The notes under the pieces were generated by a model. It was not told where the DNA came from, ran no database searches, and saw nothing but the letters and a program-made list of their open reading frames with translations. Position numbers and translations under genes: made by a program. Positions 1 through 11,157 of a DNA stretch of 64,000 nt are shown here, in pieces. Within the stretch, counting starts at the first letter, position 1. Each line of letters begins with the position of its first letter. The stretch spans positions 64,001 through 128,000 of the IMG/VR virus record IMGVR_UViG_3300021399_000102; one strand, given 5' to 3'. This stretch comes from a virus. Lineage: Duplodnaviria > Caudoviricetes.

Positions 1-1
1 C

Positions 2-697
2 ATATGGACAGGAGAAGTTACGCAGTTGAACGAGCCAAGCAAGGACATCAACAAGGTCATGCTGGAGTTCGAGTGCTATGGTACGGATTCCCAATCCATC
101 CACATTCAAGGAAAGACGCTCATAAACAGGGCGTTGGACGATGGCGAGTATGGTTCTTCTTCTGAGAACGTTCCTTCTGATCCAATCAATCGCATCACAA
201 TTGCATTCAATGCAAATGGTGGTACAGTTGAGGAAACTTCAAGAACTGTGGTTGTTGGAGAATTGATAGGCGAGCTTCCAACTCCAACGAGAGATGGATA
301 TATGTTCGATGGCTGGTGGACTTCCTTGTCGGACGATTCTGGAATCAGAATATATGGAGGAGACGACAACAGTTTCATCACATAGGATATGGATACCCTT
401 TATGCGCATTGGATCCCGATATTGAGGAAGTCTATGACAATCTATGGAGATAACGACTTGACATCTGGTCAAACGAGCGTGTATGATTGCTTCGCCTCGT
501 TTGAGGATGGTTCTGTGGACAAGGTATCTCCAACATGGACTGTCCAAGAGGGTAGCATTGAATCAACTGGAATGTTTACTGCCCCAAATGTCACCAGTGA
601 AAAGCTTGTGACAATACACGCTGAGTATGAGGATGAGAATGGGCAGAGGGCAAGTGGAGATTTCCAAGTGAGAATAACACCAAATGCGGGGACATGA
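2..697 (+). CDS. 5'-truncated surface/virion protein with InlB B-repeat and Ig-like domain (one in-frame TAG at 383-385)
   Basis: ORFs 26..385 and 389..697 are in the same frame. B-repeat motif ITIAFNANGG..LPTPTRDGYMFDGWWT continues across the TAG to the terminal TLYAHW. Frame is open from base 2. Confidence 0.8.
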
Positions 698-698
698 C

Positions 699-1385
699 AT
701 GGCGACAACAGCAGATGTAAACAAGGAAATGGTTAAGAAGTACAAGGTGGATAACACCATCTTGGAATCCTACTTCAAGAATGCAAGCAATACGCCAGTT
801 GCTGGAGTGGTCTTTCCACTTCGTCTGGACAACAGGCAATATTGCTCCCCAACTGACTATCAGGGGAGCAAGCCATCTTGTTGTGGCTATTCAACTGCCC
901 AAATCTTGGAATCCTTGAATTGGATGGATACTGGCAACATCGTTCAGATGGATGCGGACCAAATATACGCCAAGGCAAAGGAAGTTGACAATCAAATGGG
1001 ACAAGGTGGAACATACCCAGACCTTGCCATGCAAAAGGGACTTGAACTGATTCCAGATGGAACAAAGAAGTACAAGGTGATGACTTCAACTTCCAGGGAC
1101 ATAAACGAGTTGAAGCGAATCATTCACAAGTCAATGTTCGCTTCTGTGAATATGGTTGTAACGAAAGACATCTACAATCTGGATGACAAGAACTTTGTCT
1201 ATGAGGGTTGGGACAAGAAGGCTGGTGGTCATTCCTTGGTGTGTTGCGGCTATGACGACCCCTCAAAGATGGTGATATTGCAGAACCACTGGGGTACTAT
1301 TTGGGGTCTAAAGGGCTTCTTCCTATGTCCATATGATGTTTGGAGGAGGCAATGCAACATCTTCTGTTGGTACGAGCGTATTTGA
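699..1385 (+). CDS. Papain-family (C1) cysteine protease
   Basis: QGSKPSCCGYS (catalytic Gln/Cys), GGHSLVCCGYDD (His), QNHWGTIWG (Asn); ATG at 699. Confidence 0.85.
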   Translation: MATTADVNKEMVKKYKVDNTILESYFKNASNTPVAGVVFPLRLDNRQYCSPTDYQGSKPSCCGYSTAQILESLNWMDTGNIVQMDADQIYAKAKEVDNQMGQGGTYPDLAMQKGLELIPDGTKKYKVMTSTSRDINELKRIIHKSMFASVNMVVTKDIYNLDDKNFVYEGWDKKAGGHSLVCCGYDDPSKMVILQNHWGTIWGLKGFFLCPYDVWRRQCNIFCWYERI

Positions 1386-1395
1386 ACCTATAATT

Positions 1396-1402
1396 GTAAA
1401 TA
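1396..1402 (+). promoter_or_regulatory. GTAAATA late-type promoter motif
   Basis: 40 nt upstream of ATG 1442; the same heptamer precedes about 18 genes in the window. Confidence 0.6.
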
Positions 1403-1441
1403 GATATACACAACTCAAAATCCAAACAAGGGTAAATTGAA

Positions 1442-4400
1442 ATGAGGATAGTCATAGACAAGGATATATCAGAGGTCAAGCTCCTTCAGGAGTCTTGGGA
1501 GAAGAGCAAGCCAACCTACAAGGTAGTTGCGGTAAATGATGTGGATAGGTTCGTGTATGCCAAGGGACTCAAGAGCATCAATGAAGCTGTGGATGCCACA
1601 TATGAGTCTGCTTGGGATGGTGCATTTGACGATTGCCACAAGGAGATTGTGGAGGTTGTTGGCGAGAGCGAAAAGACCATATTCTCCACCAACGACAAGG
1701 TTCAAGTTTGCGAGTCGGTTCTATTTTCTGAAGCTTCTGCACCAAAGAAGGGTGGTGGAAAGAATGACGCAAAGGATGCCAAGACTGGTCAGAACAAGCC
1801 TGGAATGTGGGACAAGATAAAGGGTGCTGCTGGAAAGTTGGCTGATGGTGCAAAAAAGGCACTTGATGGTCTCAAGAAGGGATTGAACATCGTTGGTGCG
1901 ATGACAAAGCAATTCTCCAAGGATATGCTTAAGAAGTGGCGTGAAGCTGGATATTTCAACAAGGATGGACGCATCACTGGGCTTGGATACAAGGTCATGA
2001 CAGGACAGGTGAAGAATACTGTTCCCGTGGATACCGGCAACGACAAGGCAGACGACATTACTCAGGCTTGGAAGATTGCGCAATCAAACGTTCAGAATGC
2101 TTGCAAGCAGCAAGGAATGAAAGTCACTGGCGAGGTCAAGGCTATTGTCAAGCAGGATAAAGACCCAATTACCCTGTCAGTTGATGTTACTGACAAGGAT
2201 GGCAACAATTCCACGATTGAACTCAACCAGGATGGAACTACAGTTGATGGTGACGCGCAGAATGCTGACCAAGGTGGTGGTGACAATGGAGGTGGCCAAA
2301 ATGGTGGAGGAGACAATGGTGGTGGTGCAGGAGGGGGCGCAAACATCCAGCAGATAACACCCGACCAGGCGCAGAAGAATCCCAAGGCCGCCCTTGGCAA
2401 CCTCGCCACTCGCGTTGCCAATCTCGAAAAGGAGGTTGGAATCGCAGCAGAGTCTTGGAACTTCAACAACGAGCAGTTCACCAACAAGGCTGGTCTTGAG
2501 CGTCTTACAATTCGCAGGTTCTTCAACGAGATGAACGACCCTTCCGTGAAGGAAATCGTGTTCGTCTCTGAATCTGGCGAGAAGAAGACCTATTACACCA
2601 ATTCTGGCTCCAGCGCATATGCGGCATTCAAGAAGGACTTCAGGGAATCCACAGACAAGTGCGCCAAGGTTTCCAACTTGGTTGGCTACAAGGTCACATT
2701 CGAGTCCTCAACGGCAAAGAGCAACAGAAGGGGATTCAAGTTCTCTGACTTCGGGTTGGATGACGACTTCGATTCCGAATCCAGAACGTTGGTCATCAAG
2801 GAAAGCGTCACGAGGGTGTCCAATGGTGGGGACAACAGAAAGTAGACTTCCACCAAGAAGGAAGTCGTGAAGGAGTCTTCGTCCAATGAAGATTCTGACG
2901 CCAGATTCTCTTCCACTACGGTTGATGCCAAGTCTCCAGAAGCAGACCCAGGAACAAGTGGCTTTGAACTTGAGATTGGGGAACTTGATCCAAAGAAGGA
3001 GGTTGAGGCTCTTCTCAAGTCAATGAACAAGTACAATGGACAGGAGAAGGACAAGCCAGCTGATGGAGATGGCACGATTGACACTGGTGTTTCCACTTAT
3101 CCAGATGTTCCAGAACCAAAGAAGCAGGAAATGAAAGGTGCCGAAACGGGGGAGGAAATCGTCAAGGAAGCCGAAGGGGACGAAGGTGGAGATGATGCTG
3201 GCGGTGACGACGCAGGTGGTGGAGACGCCGACCCATTTGCTGGAGGCGACGACGCAGGGGGTGGCGATGCTGGTGGTGGCGATGCAGATCCATTTGCTGG
3301 AGGAGACGATGCTGCCGGAGGCGACGACGCAGGGGGTGGAGACGACGCAGACCCCTTTGGTGGAGGCGATGATGCTGGCGGAGATGCAGGAGCTGAAGGG
3401 GGAGACGCTGGTGCAGAAGGTGGTGAAGATGCCACATCAGATGCAGGAGCCGCAGGTGGTGACGAGGCCACTGGCGAACCATCTCCAGAGCCAGCGGTGA
3501 ATACTGACGCCCAAGGCAATCCAAAGTCTCAGTACAACATCAACGTAACACGTCCATTCAACGTGGAAGATGATTTCTCCCTTACTGAGGACGAGCAAAA
3601 GGAGTTCTTTGGCAAGATTGATCAGTTGGTGAAGATTCCTGACATGGACAACTATTCGCTTTACCTCTATCAAATCACACCGGAGAACATGAATCTTGAC
3701 GATGTTCACTACATCCAAGCACTCTATGAACTCTCAGTGAAGCTGGGTCTGCTTGAGGATGTCTATGCTGACTCCAACTTGCTTGACAAGTACAACTCCT
3801 ACAAGTATTCAGTTGTGAAGAATGGAGAGGAGAACAAGGGAGAGGACTTCAACGTTCAGGAGCAGAAGAACCCAATCTGGGGCAACAAGATGATGCTTGA
3901 AGCCAAGGATAAGGACACCAAGAAGGTTCTTGGAATGCCAACGGTTCAGACCGACAACGAGGAGAAGAACAAGGAGTCCAGGGAGATTGGTGCGTCTGAG
4001 AAGGACGATGAACGCCGTGGCCCGAAGGACATGAAGCTTGACCTTGACAAGAACGGCGCCCCAAAGCCCAAAATCATCGACACCAGAAAAGATGGTTGGG
4101 AGAAGGAGGGACGTGAGAACAAGAAGTTGATTGATGGAACGGTAGAAGGTGCTTTCCACGGACTTGGCTGGGTTGTGACCTTCAAGGCAATGCAATTTGG
4201 TTCCCCAAGGTTCATGTCAATGTACATCAAGAGGAAAGGTGACGAGAAGGCAGAGAAGCAGTGCGAGGATTACCTCAAGAAGCTTTCCTACACTGAAATT
4301 GAAATCCTCAACATTGAGGAAATCGACCCCTACGAATACATCTATCGTCAAGGAGCTTCAGGGATGAAGACGCCAGAGGAATTGGCTACCGCAAAGGTTG

Positions 4401-4930
4401 CCAACAAGGACATGCCATATTTGGAGAGCAGCGAGGTTCCTGAACTTCCAACTGACATCAAGCGCGATGTCAAGAGGGTGATTACGAAACTCAATGCTGA
4501 GATTCGTGGCACAAAGCAGTTCAACTTCCTTGAGTCATGTGGAGTGGAGAAGCCACAGATTGTGGTAGAGGAGTTCCTTTCTGGCTACAAGAAGGCTCAA
4601 GTGAATGAAACTCTTTCTGAGACCACCTACAAGTGGGTGTTCAAGAAGAATGACGACTTGTTCTCCCGTATGTTCTATTCCAACATGAAGGAGAAGTTGA
4701 TGCAGTATCTTGGAAGTTTCGCTCAGAAGTTCAATTTGGAATGTGGTTGCGAGGTCACGCCTACTGCCATAAAGATTGACTTCATGCGTTCAGAACTTGG
4801 CAATCCAGGATATGACCTTGACACGATGATTGATGCTGACGTTGCGACCCAGCCTGTGGAAGAGCCAATTGAGCAATCCAACGTTGCTCCAACTCTCGAC
4901 CAGGCTATGGAGATTGCAAAGAGCCTGTGA
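1442..4930 (+). CDS. 1162-aa acidic, Gly/Asp-rich protein, probable head/internal virion protein (in-frame TAG at 2843-2845)
   Basis: ORFs 1442..2845 and 2867..4930 join in frame (NRK*TSTKKEVVKES). Low-complexity spacers and many hydrophobic-X-Glu sites resemble T4-like prohead-processed proteins (function is inference). Confidence 0.65.
3175..3465 (+). repeat. Coding low-complexity repeat, GGDDAGG / DADPFAGG units
   Basis: Three DADPF(A/G)GGDDA units and many GGDDA units in the translation. Confidence 0.85.
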
Positions 4931-4955
4931 TTGAACAAGTCACATGACAAAGCAG

Positions 4956-4982
4956 AAAGACCGAGGTTTGACCTCGGTCTTT
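4956..4982. terminator. Bidirectional intrinsic terminator
   Basis: AAAGACCGAGG-tttga-CCTCGGTCTTT between convergent genes. Confidence 0.8.
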
Positions 4983-5005
4983 TCGCCTTTATGGATTCCC
5001 TATGG

Positions 5006-5434
5006 TCAGTAGGACCAATGTCCAGGAGTCCAAATCCGTGTGGGGACTCCATTCACGTATGTGGTTGTGTACATCCCAGGGATCCACACCCTCTGAGGAT
5101 AGGTTGACACTACAGGAGTTGCCACAACTGGGCTTGTCACCACTGGAGCAACAACTGGAGCAACAACTGGCGGTGGAGCAGCAACAACCACTGGAGCAGG
5201 AGCAATTGCGCCCCCAACTACGCCACCCACAACCCCACCGACGAAGCCGGGCCAGAAGTGAGAACCCCCACGCCCCCAAACGCCGTGATGATGGTGATGG
5301 ATAGGACCGTGATGCATAATAGGTGGCGGTCTATGTCCTCCACCAAATCCCCCATGTGGTCCCCCATGCGGTCTTGCGAATACGCTGCATACGCACATTG
5401 CGATAGCAACTACGATTGTCAGTTTCTTGGTCAT
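5006..5434 (-). CDS. Secreted His/Gly/Pro/Val-rich protein
   Basis: Signal peptide MTKKLTIVVAIAMCVCSVFA, HGGPHGG and poly-His tract, C-terminal RVWIPG..RIWTPGHW. Confidence 0.7.
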   Translation of the reverse strand: MTKKLTIVVAIAMCVCSVFARPHGGPHGGFGGGHRPPPIMHHGPIHHHHHGVWGRGGSHFWPGFVGGVVGGVVGGAIAPAPVVVAAPPPVVAPVVAPVVTSPVVATPVVSTYPQRVWIPGMYTTTYVNGVPTRIWTPGHWSY

Positions 5435-5505
5435 TTCAGTACCTCCATTTACTTTGTTTGTTTGTTTATTTGGTATTTACAAGTGTCTTGTATCCCACTA
5501 ATGAC

Positions 5506-5535
5506 ATTATATCACAGTTGAACACCGAATGTCAA
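5506..5535 (-). promoter_or_regulatory. Sigma70-type promoter
   Basis: TTGACA-N18-TATAAT on the minus strand. Confidence 0.65.
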
Positions 5536-5542
5536 TACCCCT

Positions 5543-5899
5543 TTATGTGGATGAGTTTCTTGGCTTGAAACCTGACTTGATGTAGGGAGTGAACCTGTTG
5601 TGCGTCTTTGGCACTATCTTCAGGAGCAACTTGTACATCAATTCTGGTTTGTCTGCCAACCCCTCCAATATAGTAAGGTGGCCGAGTATCAAATTCCTTA
5701 CAAAAATATTTGAGTTCAGAGACAGATATCTGAGAATCATGTAGGACGAGAACACCGATGGGAACAATTCGTTCTTGATGTGGTATTCGTATAGGGCATC
5801 GTCCTTGTCAACGAGAATGTTGCCAAGAATCATGAATATGTCCAAACTTGGCTTTGTCTCGTCTGAACCTTTCTTGGCTTTCTTGTAGTTAAATGCCAT
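5543..5899 (-). CDS. Possible T4 gp62-like clamp-loader small subunit
   Basis: Size and FSSYMILRYLS...LMYKLLLKIVPK pattern recalled from gp62-like proteins; weak. Confidence 0.4.
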   Translation of the reverse strand: MAFNYKKAKKGSDETKPSLDIFMILGNILVDKDDALYEYHIKNELFPSVFSSYMILRYLSLNSNIFVRNLILGHLTILEGLADKPELMYKLLLKIVPKTHNRFTPYIKSGFKPRNSST

Positions 5900-6941
5900 T
5901 GTACCCACCCCTCGTCAATCTCTCGCAAGTCGCTTCATATTCCTTCTCGTCCATATTCAACCTCTTCAACAGTTCGGACTTCGACTTTGCTGCCTCTGAT
6001 ATGTAGGTTGTCAATCGCTTTCTGGATTCAGATGGGATGTCTGTTATTATGGTTGAACACTTGTTGAACACCTTCTTGAACAGATAGAGGAAAATTTGCT
6101 TGTTATCATAGGACTTTTCGTTCTGCTCCACAATGGACAATAGGTATCCCATCATTTGCTTGGCTTTGTCTTTCTCTATGTTATCAATGGCATTTCCCTT
6201 GAATCCCTTGATTGTGTTGTAGAGGTCTTGGTTTGCCTTTGTCCTCAACCTTTCCATTCTTTCCGACCCAGTTTCGCTACCTTCTCCATCTGAGGGGGAA
6301 TGATAGTCGGGGGCAATTGATTCTGGCGTAAGCACTTCCTCCAACGTGGTTGTGTTTCCAGGGTCATTCACCACCAAGGGGGAGCTTAAGGAAGTATGGT
6401 TCTCCATTGCGCCCTTCTCCTGATTGGGCTTCCTCACCCTGTTCAACATCCACCAGGTTGCGAATGTGATGAACTTGTTTCCGCGTTTGGGGTCGAACTT
6501 CTCTGCGGCTATCACCAACCCCTCGTTCGCCATCTGCTTGAAATCGTCCAAGTCATACCATTTGGTTGGAGAGTCTTTCATGTACCTCTTGAAATAGACC
6601 TCAGCAAGATTCTCGCCCGCCTTGGTGTTGTGCAGAACGAGCAATTTGTTCAACTCCGGACGATTGTCCTTGAACAACTCAATCATGCGGAGTTCTGACG
6701 CCTTGTCCAAGGGTATTAGATTCGTCTTGAAGAAGAGCTTCCACTCATCGTCCGTGAAATCCTCTCCGGTCTCTTGTTTCCCAATCTTCTCTGCAAACGC
6801 CTTTACTGCCTTCTTGACTTCCTTGAGATACTTGTCTCTATATCCCTTCGTTGCCCTATTCACATTGACATATGAAACCTTTGCTGGCACAACCTTGCGC
6901 TTCTTCTTGGTCTTCTTTGATGTATTGGCATTCTCTTCCAT
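5889..6941 (-). CDS. Phage sigma70-family RNA polymerase sigma factor
   Basis: Region 2 motif DFKQMANEGLVIAAEKFDPKRGNKFITFATWWM and SLSSPL. Confidence 0.8.
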   Translation of the reverse strand: MEENANTSKKTKKKRKVVPAKVSYVNVNRATKGYRDKYLKEVKKAVKAFAEKIGKQETGEDFTDDEWKLFFKTNLIPLDKASELRMIELFKDNRPELNKLLVLHNTKAGENLAEVYFKRYMKDSPTKWYDLDDFKQMANEGLVIAAEKFDPKRGNKFITFATWWMLNRVRKPNQEKGAMENHTSLSSPLVVNDPGNTTTLEEVLTPESIAPDYHSPSDGEGSETGSERMERLRTKANQDLYNTIKGFKGNAIDNIEKDKAKQMMGYLLSIVEQNEKSYDNKQIFLYLFKKVFNKCSTIITDIPSESRKRLTTYISEAAKSKSELLKRLNMDEKEYEATCERLTRGGYNGI

Positions 6942-6976
6942 AGATATGTTCCTTCTTCCCAATATATTGTACCACA

Positions 6977-7798
6977 TCAGGCGTTGTTTGGTAAACCGTA
7001 GTTCCTCCAGAGGGTCTCGGTCTTCGTCTTGGGTCTTCTATTCCCATCTATGGTATTCACGTTGAAGAGAACCTTGGTGAAGCCATTTGCCTCAAGTCTG
7101 TTGTAGATGGGATTGTCGTAGCCAGATATCAGAATCTTGGATTTGGATTCCAAGCACTTGTCGATGAACCGTTCATGGAAAGCATCGTCTTGGTCTATGT
7201 CATATCTGGTTGCGCCACGGGTAGACCATACATAGGGTGGATCGCAATAGAGGAAGCAATTGGATTGGTTGTACTTGTCCATCAATTCCAATGCGTCCCT
7301 ATTGAATATGACAAGGTGCTTGAGACGTTCGTGAAGTTCTGGCATTCTGTCAACCGAGGAAAGGAAATCTGACACCGACTTTGCCATGTTCCTTCTGACG
7401 AGAGAGTTTGTGGCGAATCCCCCTATGCCATTGATTGAGAGCCGATTGCAAATGAAATACCAATATGCTCTGTCAAGTTCTGACAAGTTTGTGTCCTTCA
7501 ACTTCTCCCTTGCGTCATATCTCATGTCCTCGGAGTATGGCGTGAGTTCAACAAGTTTGAGGAATTGTGGAAATAGGGTTTCGTCCCTCAGAATCTTGTA
7601 TAGGCAATAGACGTTCTTGTTGAGATCGTTGAATATCTCTATTGGTGGGATGTAGGGCATGTGTAGACCAATGGTGTAGGAGCCAGAGAACAATTCTGCG
7701 TAGATGTCATAACTTCCTTGCTCAGGAAATTGAGCAATGATATTCTTGAACATTAATGATTTCCCACCAAAGTATTTAATAGGTGCATTCATGCGCAT
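6977..7798 (-). CDS. Dam/D12-class DNA adenine methyltransferase
   Basis: PIKYFGGKS, YAELFSGS, EIFNDLN, FLYCDPPY, ETLWRNY. Confidence 0.9.
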   Translation of the reverse strand: MRMNAPIKYFGGKSLMFKNIIAQFPEQGSYDIYAELFSGSYTIGLHMPYIPPIEIFNDLNKNVYCLYKILRDETLFPQFLKLVELTPYSEDMRYDAREKLKDTNLSELDRAYWYFICNRLSINGIGGFATNSLVRRNMAKSVSDFLSSVDRMPELHERLKHLVIFNRDALELMDKYNQSNCFLYCDPPYVWSTRGATRYDIDQDDAFHERFIDKCLESKSKILISGYDNPIYNRLEANGFTKVLFNVNTIDGNRRPKTKTETLWRNYGLPNNA

Positions 7799-7862
7799 AT
7801 TATACAATAAACAAGGTTGGTCCGTAAAGAACCAACCTCTATGTTTATGTTGTTGAAAGCAA

Positions 7863-8315
7863 TTAGCTTGGCATGTTCCAAGTGATGTTGTCAGAGAATG
7901 ATGTATCAGCAATTGAAGTAATTATCATCTGCTTGACATTTTCAGCATTTCCACCATTTGCTGTGATCGTTACGCTTGTAAAATAGTTGCAATACTATAA
8001 CGCACCTTCCTCGATGCTCGTCACGCTGTCCGGTATCGTCAAACGCTCAAGGTCGCTTTCTTGGAACGCATCAGCTCCGATGCTCGTCACTGTGTTTCCA
8101 ATGTCGGCTTGGGTTATTGTCTTTAGCCATATGAAGTTATCTACATCATAATACCCATTATCAACCATCCATTGCCGGTCAAGTGTACCTGTTATGTCGT
8201 GAGTTTCAACGGTTCCATCTTGAAGAGTGAATCTTGTTTCTGGATGTCCAGAACTTCCACCACCTGTTCCAATGACGATGTTTCCACCATTAAGTCTATT
8301 TATGTGTATTGCCAT
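7863..8315 (-). CDS. BspA-like leucine-rich repeat protein 1 (in-frame TAG at 7995-7997)
   Basis: IGNTVTSIGADAF / IPDSVTSIEEGAL*YCNYFTSVTI: the repeat continues past the TAG to TAA at 7863. Confidence 0.8.
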
Positions 8316-8430
8316 TTTGCTTTACCTCGTTGTTATCATATGCTTGTGCATATACATATTTACATAAAATCAGAACGGTTGCCCATTTCTGAGCAACCAT
8401 TCTTCCCGCTTTGAGGTAAAAGTGAGGTGA

Positions 8431-8706
8431 TTAGCGGGCAACAACCGTGACCGTACCCGAGGCGTAGCGGCGACCAACCTTGACGCGCTTCGCCGTGCCA
8501 AGGTACGCAATGACCGCAGAACCGGCAATCTTGCCACGACCATTCATGCCAGGACGGCGCGTAAGCGCGGTGCCCTTGGAGAGTCCGAGGATGGAGCGAA
8601 CCTCGTCCTTCGTGTACTGAGCGCTCGGCTTCACAAGCGTAGCCTTCGTGCTGATGGTCTTCGTCGTCTTCTTCGTGGTCTTCTGAACCTTCGTGTTCTT
8701 CTTCAT
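8431..8706 (-). CDS. Small, very basic Lys/Thr-rich protein (possible nucleic-acid binding)
   Basis: MKKNTKVQKTTKKTTKT...; followed by a hairpin at about 8371-8403. Confidence 0.6.
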   Translation of the reverse strand: MKKNTKVQKTTKKTTKTISTKATLVKPSAQYTKDEVRSILGLSKGTALTRRPGMNGRGKIAGSAVIAYLGTAKRVKVGRRYASGTVTVVAR

Positions 8707-9086
8707 TTTGTTTCTTCTTTCTTTTTACTCGGACTTCCCAACCATTGGGCTGTCCAAATTGTTCTTCGTTGATAACATATCATACAACTTGCTTCGCAGA
8801 ATGTTAAGTGCTTTTCCGAACTTTCTCAACTTTTTCTGTCCTTCGCTTCGTTGCATACATTTGCCTCAACAACATAGTATACGTCAAATTCCCATAACTA
8901 TAAAGATCATTGTGTCTCTTTCATCCAATCTCGTTGATCCTGCTTGTGGAAATTGCCCACCATTCCTCCGGGTAGGGTCCAGACACAATCGTGAACTTCT
9001 CGTGGGTTTCGTCCTCCCACCTCACTACGTACCATTGGTCTGAAATCTGAATCGTTCCCATTTTCAGTTATTCCCTTATGTTGTGC

Positions 9087-9422
9087 TCAATCGCAATCGC
9101 AATCGCATTCCATTTCATAGCAATCAATTTCTGGCTCCAACATTGCGGCGCGTTCCCTTGCTTTCGCTTCCATCTCCAATCTTCTCAGTTTGCGATAGTA
9201 TTCAAGGTTTACCCACTTTGGATTGTTCTTTGCCCACTCTCTACGGCGAACTGACGTTCTGATGTCAGAATATTCAACGATGCCCTTAAGCCGTGTTTCG
9301 CAAATGAATCGTCTTGTCAAATTGGAAACATCAGAATCAATGACAACATTGACAAGGGTCTCCACCGGCATCTTGAACCACTTGGAATATCCTCTAATGA
9401 ACTTTACGTTGAACGTAGCCAT
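9087..9422 (-). CDS. Hypothetical early protein
   Basis: AGGAG SD and strong sigma70-type promoter directly upstream. Confidence 0.6.
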   Translation of the reverse strand: MATFNVKFIRGYSKWFKMPVETLVNVVIDSDVSNLTRRFICETRLKGIVEYSDIRTSVRRREWAKNNPKWVNLEYYRKLRRLEMEAKARERAAMLEPEIDCYEMECDCDCD

Positions 9423-9476
9423 TTCGCTTCTCCTTTTTCACTCAACACCAATATAATAGCATAAGTCCGATGGAAA

Positions 9477-9496
9477 GTCAATGGGGTTTCTAAAGA
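9477..9496 (-). promoter_or_regulatory. Conserved early-promoter element TCTTTAGAAACCCC(A/C)TTGAC, copy 1
   Basis: 19/20 identical to the copies at 9888-9907 and 42163-42182; ends in the -35 box. Confidence 0.75.
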
Positions 9497-9525
9497 GATA
9501 ACAAGGTTGTATCAAGTATGTTTGC

Positions 9526-9828
9526 TTACTTGGATTTCCAACTCAAAATGCACTCTTCCGCCCAATATTCCACAGTTATGACGCTCCCATTATCCATAAC
9601 CGAGTAGTCGAAGCAACCATTCTGCTCCAATAATACCTTTGCCTTGGAAACGTCCATCTTCTGGTACCAAGGAATATCAAAAGTGTAGAGGAACTTTCCC
9701 CTTCGTGCTTGCTTCAATGCTTCTTGCTCGTCCTTCCAAACTAGATATTTCTGAAGGGACTTGTCTCGGTAGAACTTGATGCCATCTACCTCTGCCACTA
9801 CGAATCTTTTCTTGATGAAGTCAAACAT
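9526..9828 (-). CDS. Hypothetical early protein
   Basis: AGGAG SD and promoter upstream. Confidence 0.6.
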   Translation of the reverse strand: MFDFIKKRFVVAEVDGIKFYRDKSLQKYLVWKDEQEALKQARRGKFLYTFDIPWYQKMDVSKAKVLLEQNGCFDYSVMDNGSVITVEYWAEECILSWKSK

Positions 9829-9887
9829 TTGCTTGTTTCTCCTTTTTGTCCATTACCCCTATATTATAGCACAACACTCCCTCTGTT

Positions 9888-9907
9888 GTCAAGGGGGTTT
9901 CTAAAGA
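9888..9907 (-). promoter_or_regulatory. Conserved early-promoter element, copy 2
   Basis: TCTTTAGAAACCCCCTTGACA-N18-TATAAT with TG extended -10. Confidence 0.75.
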
Positions 9908-9916
9908 AACAATGTA

Positions 9917-10741
9917 TTATTTGGTTCCGGATGAGCCAAATCCACCACCTCGGTCGCTTCCCTTGGTGATGTCGTCATAGACGCAATTGAGGCATTCGCT
10001 CAACTTGAGGTTTATCACTGGGACAATCAACCCTTGGGTAATCTTCATCCCGGGTTCAATCTTCACTGACCCGACATTGTGGTTGAAGAAGCAGAAGATG
10101 ATTTCATCCCTATATTCAGAATCAATCAAACATGCGCTATGGTCAAGTTTGAGTTTGGTGGCAACGCCAGACTTGTTCACCATCATCATAGCAAGTCCCG
10201 GTGGGATAATGGTCTTGATGCCAGATGGGATGGCGACATGTGCGTTTGGACTTACTTCAAGAACATTCCCATCAAACTTCAATCCATCAAATGTAGTCCC
10301 ATCCGGGTTGGGGGCTTCCATGTTCTTGGAATACTTCTTCACAGTATCCTTGAAGTCGTCGTTCCATGCCTTTGCGTCAGGGACAAAGAAGTCGATTCCT
10401 GCGTCGGTTGGATGCGCCTTGGCTGGCTTATTCACCTCTCTGATTCTCGTGAATATCAGGGGTTGGTTTGTGTGGCAATGGCATTTCTCCTTTTCACTTT
10501 CTTGTTCCATCATTTTTTCAATCTCCTTTTCCAAATGTGATTCCGGGAACGTGACCTTTGGCATTGGCACATTCTCGTTCTCTGCTTCCTCCATGTCCTT
10601 CTTCGCGCTTTCCTTGGACTTCTCCTAAAGACTGGTCATTATGTGGTCGATGGTTTCCTCTGTGGTGTTCTCGTCAGAAGCCGCTTCAGCAAGTTTCCCA
10701 ATCAAGTCCACAATGTTCTTCTCTCGTTCGTTCAGTTCCAT
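9917..10741 (-). CDS. dut: Trimeric dUTPase with N-terminal extension (in-frame TAG at 10625-10627)
   Basis: DAGIDF, NKSG, LIDSEYRDEI, KITQGL, RGGGFGSSG. The frame extends through the TAG to ATG 10741, adjacent to the upstream gene's stop. Confidence 0.9.
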
Positions 10742-10744
10742 GAT

Positions 10745-11068
10745 TCAGTTTCCTTTGTTGTTTCTCTCCACCGTACCGTCATTCAACAGCAATCCAAGGT
10801 ACTTTTCGGGATTCAGTGCGACAACCCTAATGTTCTCCCCATAGACAAACTCAATGAATTCAGCATCCAAGTTTGACATCTCTTCATCCTTGTCGTCTCC
10901 AATCAACACCCCATGGAATGTATCTGCGCAAACAACCTTGTCCAAGTCGATTATCTGCCTTCTATCCGAAACCAACTTGTACTTTGGTGGCAATGGCTTG
11001 TCCGATGTCGGCCCAAACCTTATTGGATAAGGTACTTTCTCCAAGTACGGAACTTCTATGAAACGCAT
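10745..11068 (-). CDS. Hypothetical protein
   Basis: ORF with AAAGGAAAG SD; operonic with dut. Confidence 0.55.
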   Translation of the reverse strand: MRFIEVPYLEKVPYPIRFGPTSDKPLPPKYKLVSDRRQIIDLDKVVCADTFHGVLIGDDKDEEMSNLDAEFIEFVYGENIRVVALNPEKYLGLLLNDGTVERNNKGN

Positions 11069-11100
11069 GACTTTCCTTTCAATATATATCTCAATTATAC

Positions 11101-11135
11101 AAAAGAAACCACCAAAGTTGATTGGTGGTTCTTTT
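11101..11135. terminator. Intrinsic terminator after LRR gene 2
   Basis: AACCACCAA-agttga-TTGGTGGTT flanked by A/T tracts. Confidence 0.7.
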
Positions 11136-11157
11136 GATGTTATATGGGAAGTATCTG

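Noticed and set aside
3175-3465. CRISPR-like or non-coding repeat array
   Set aside because: The repeats are degenerate, in frame and encode Gly/Asp linkers, with no repeat-spacer structure. No CRISPR array was seen anywhere in the window.
7799-7912. Listed N-terminal extension of the Dam-like methylase (similarly the MWYN.. starts at 6977 and 35312)
   Set aside because: It overlaps the read-through end of LRR gene 1 or runs through the TATAAT promoter; downstream ATGs are more plausible.
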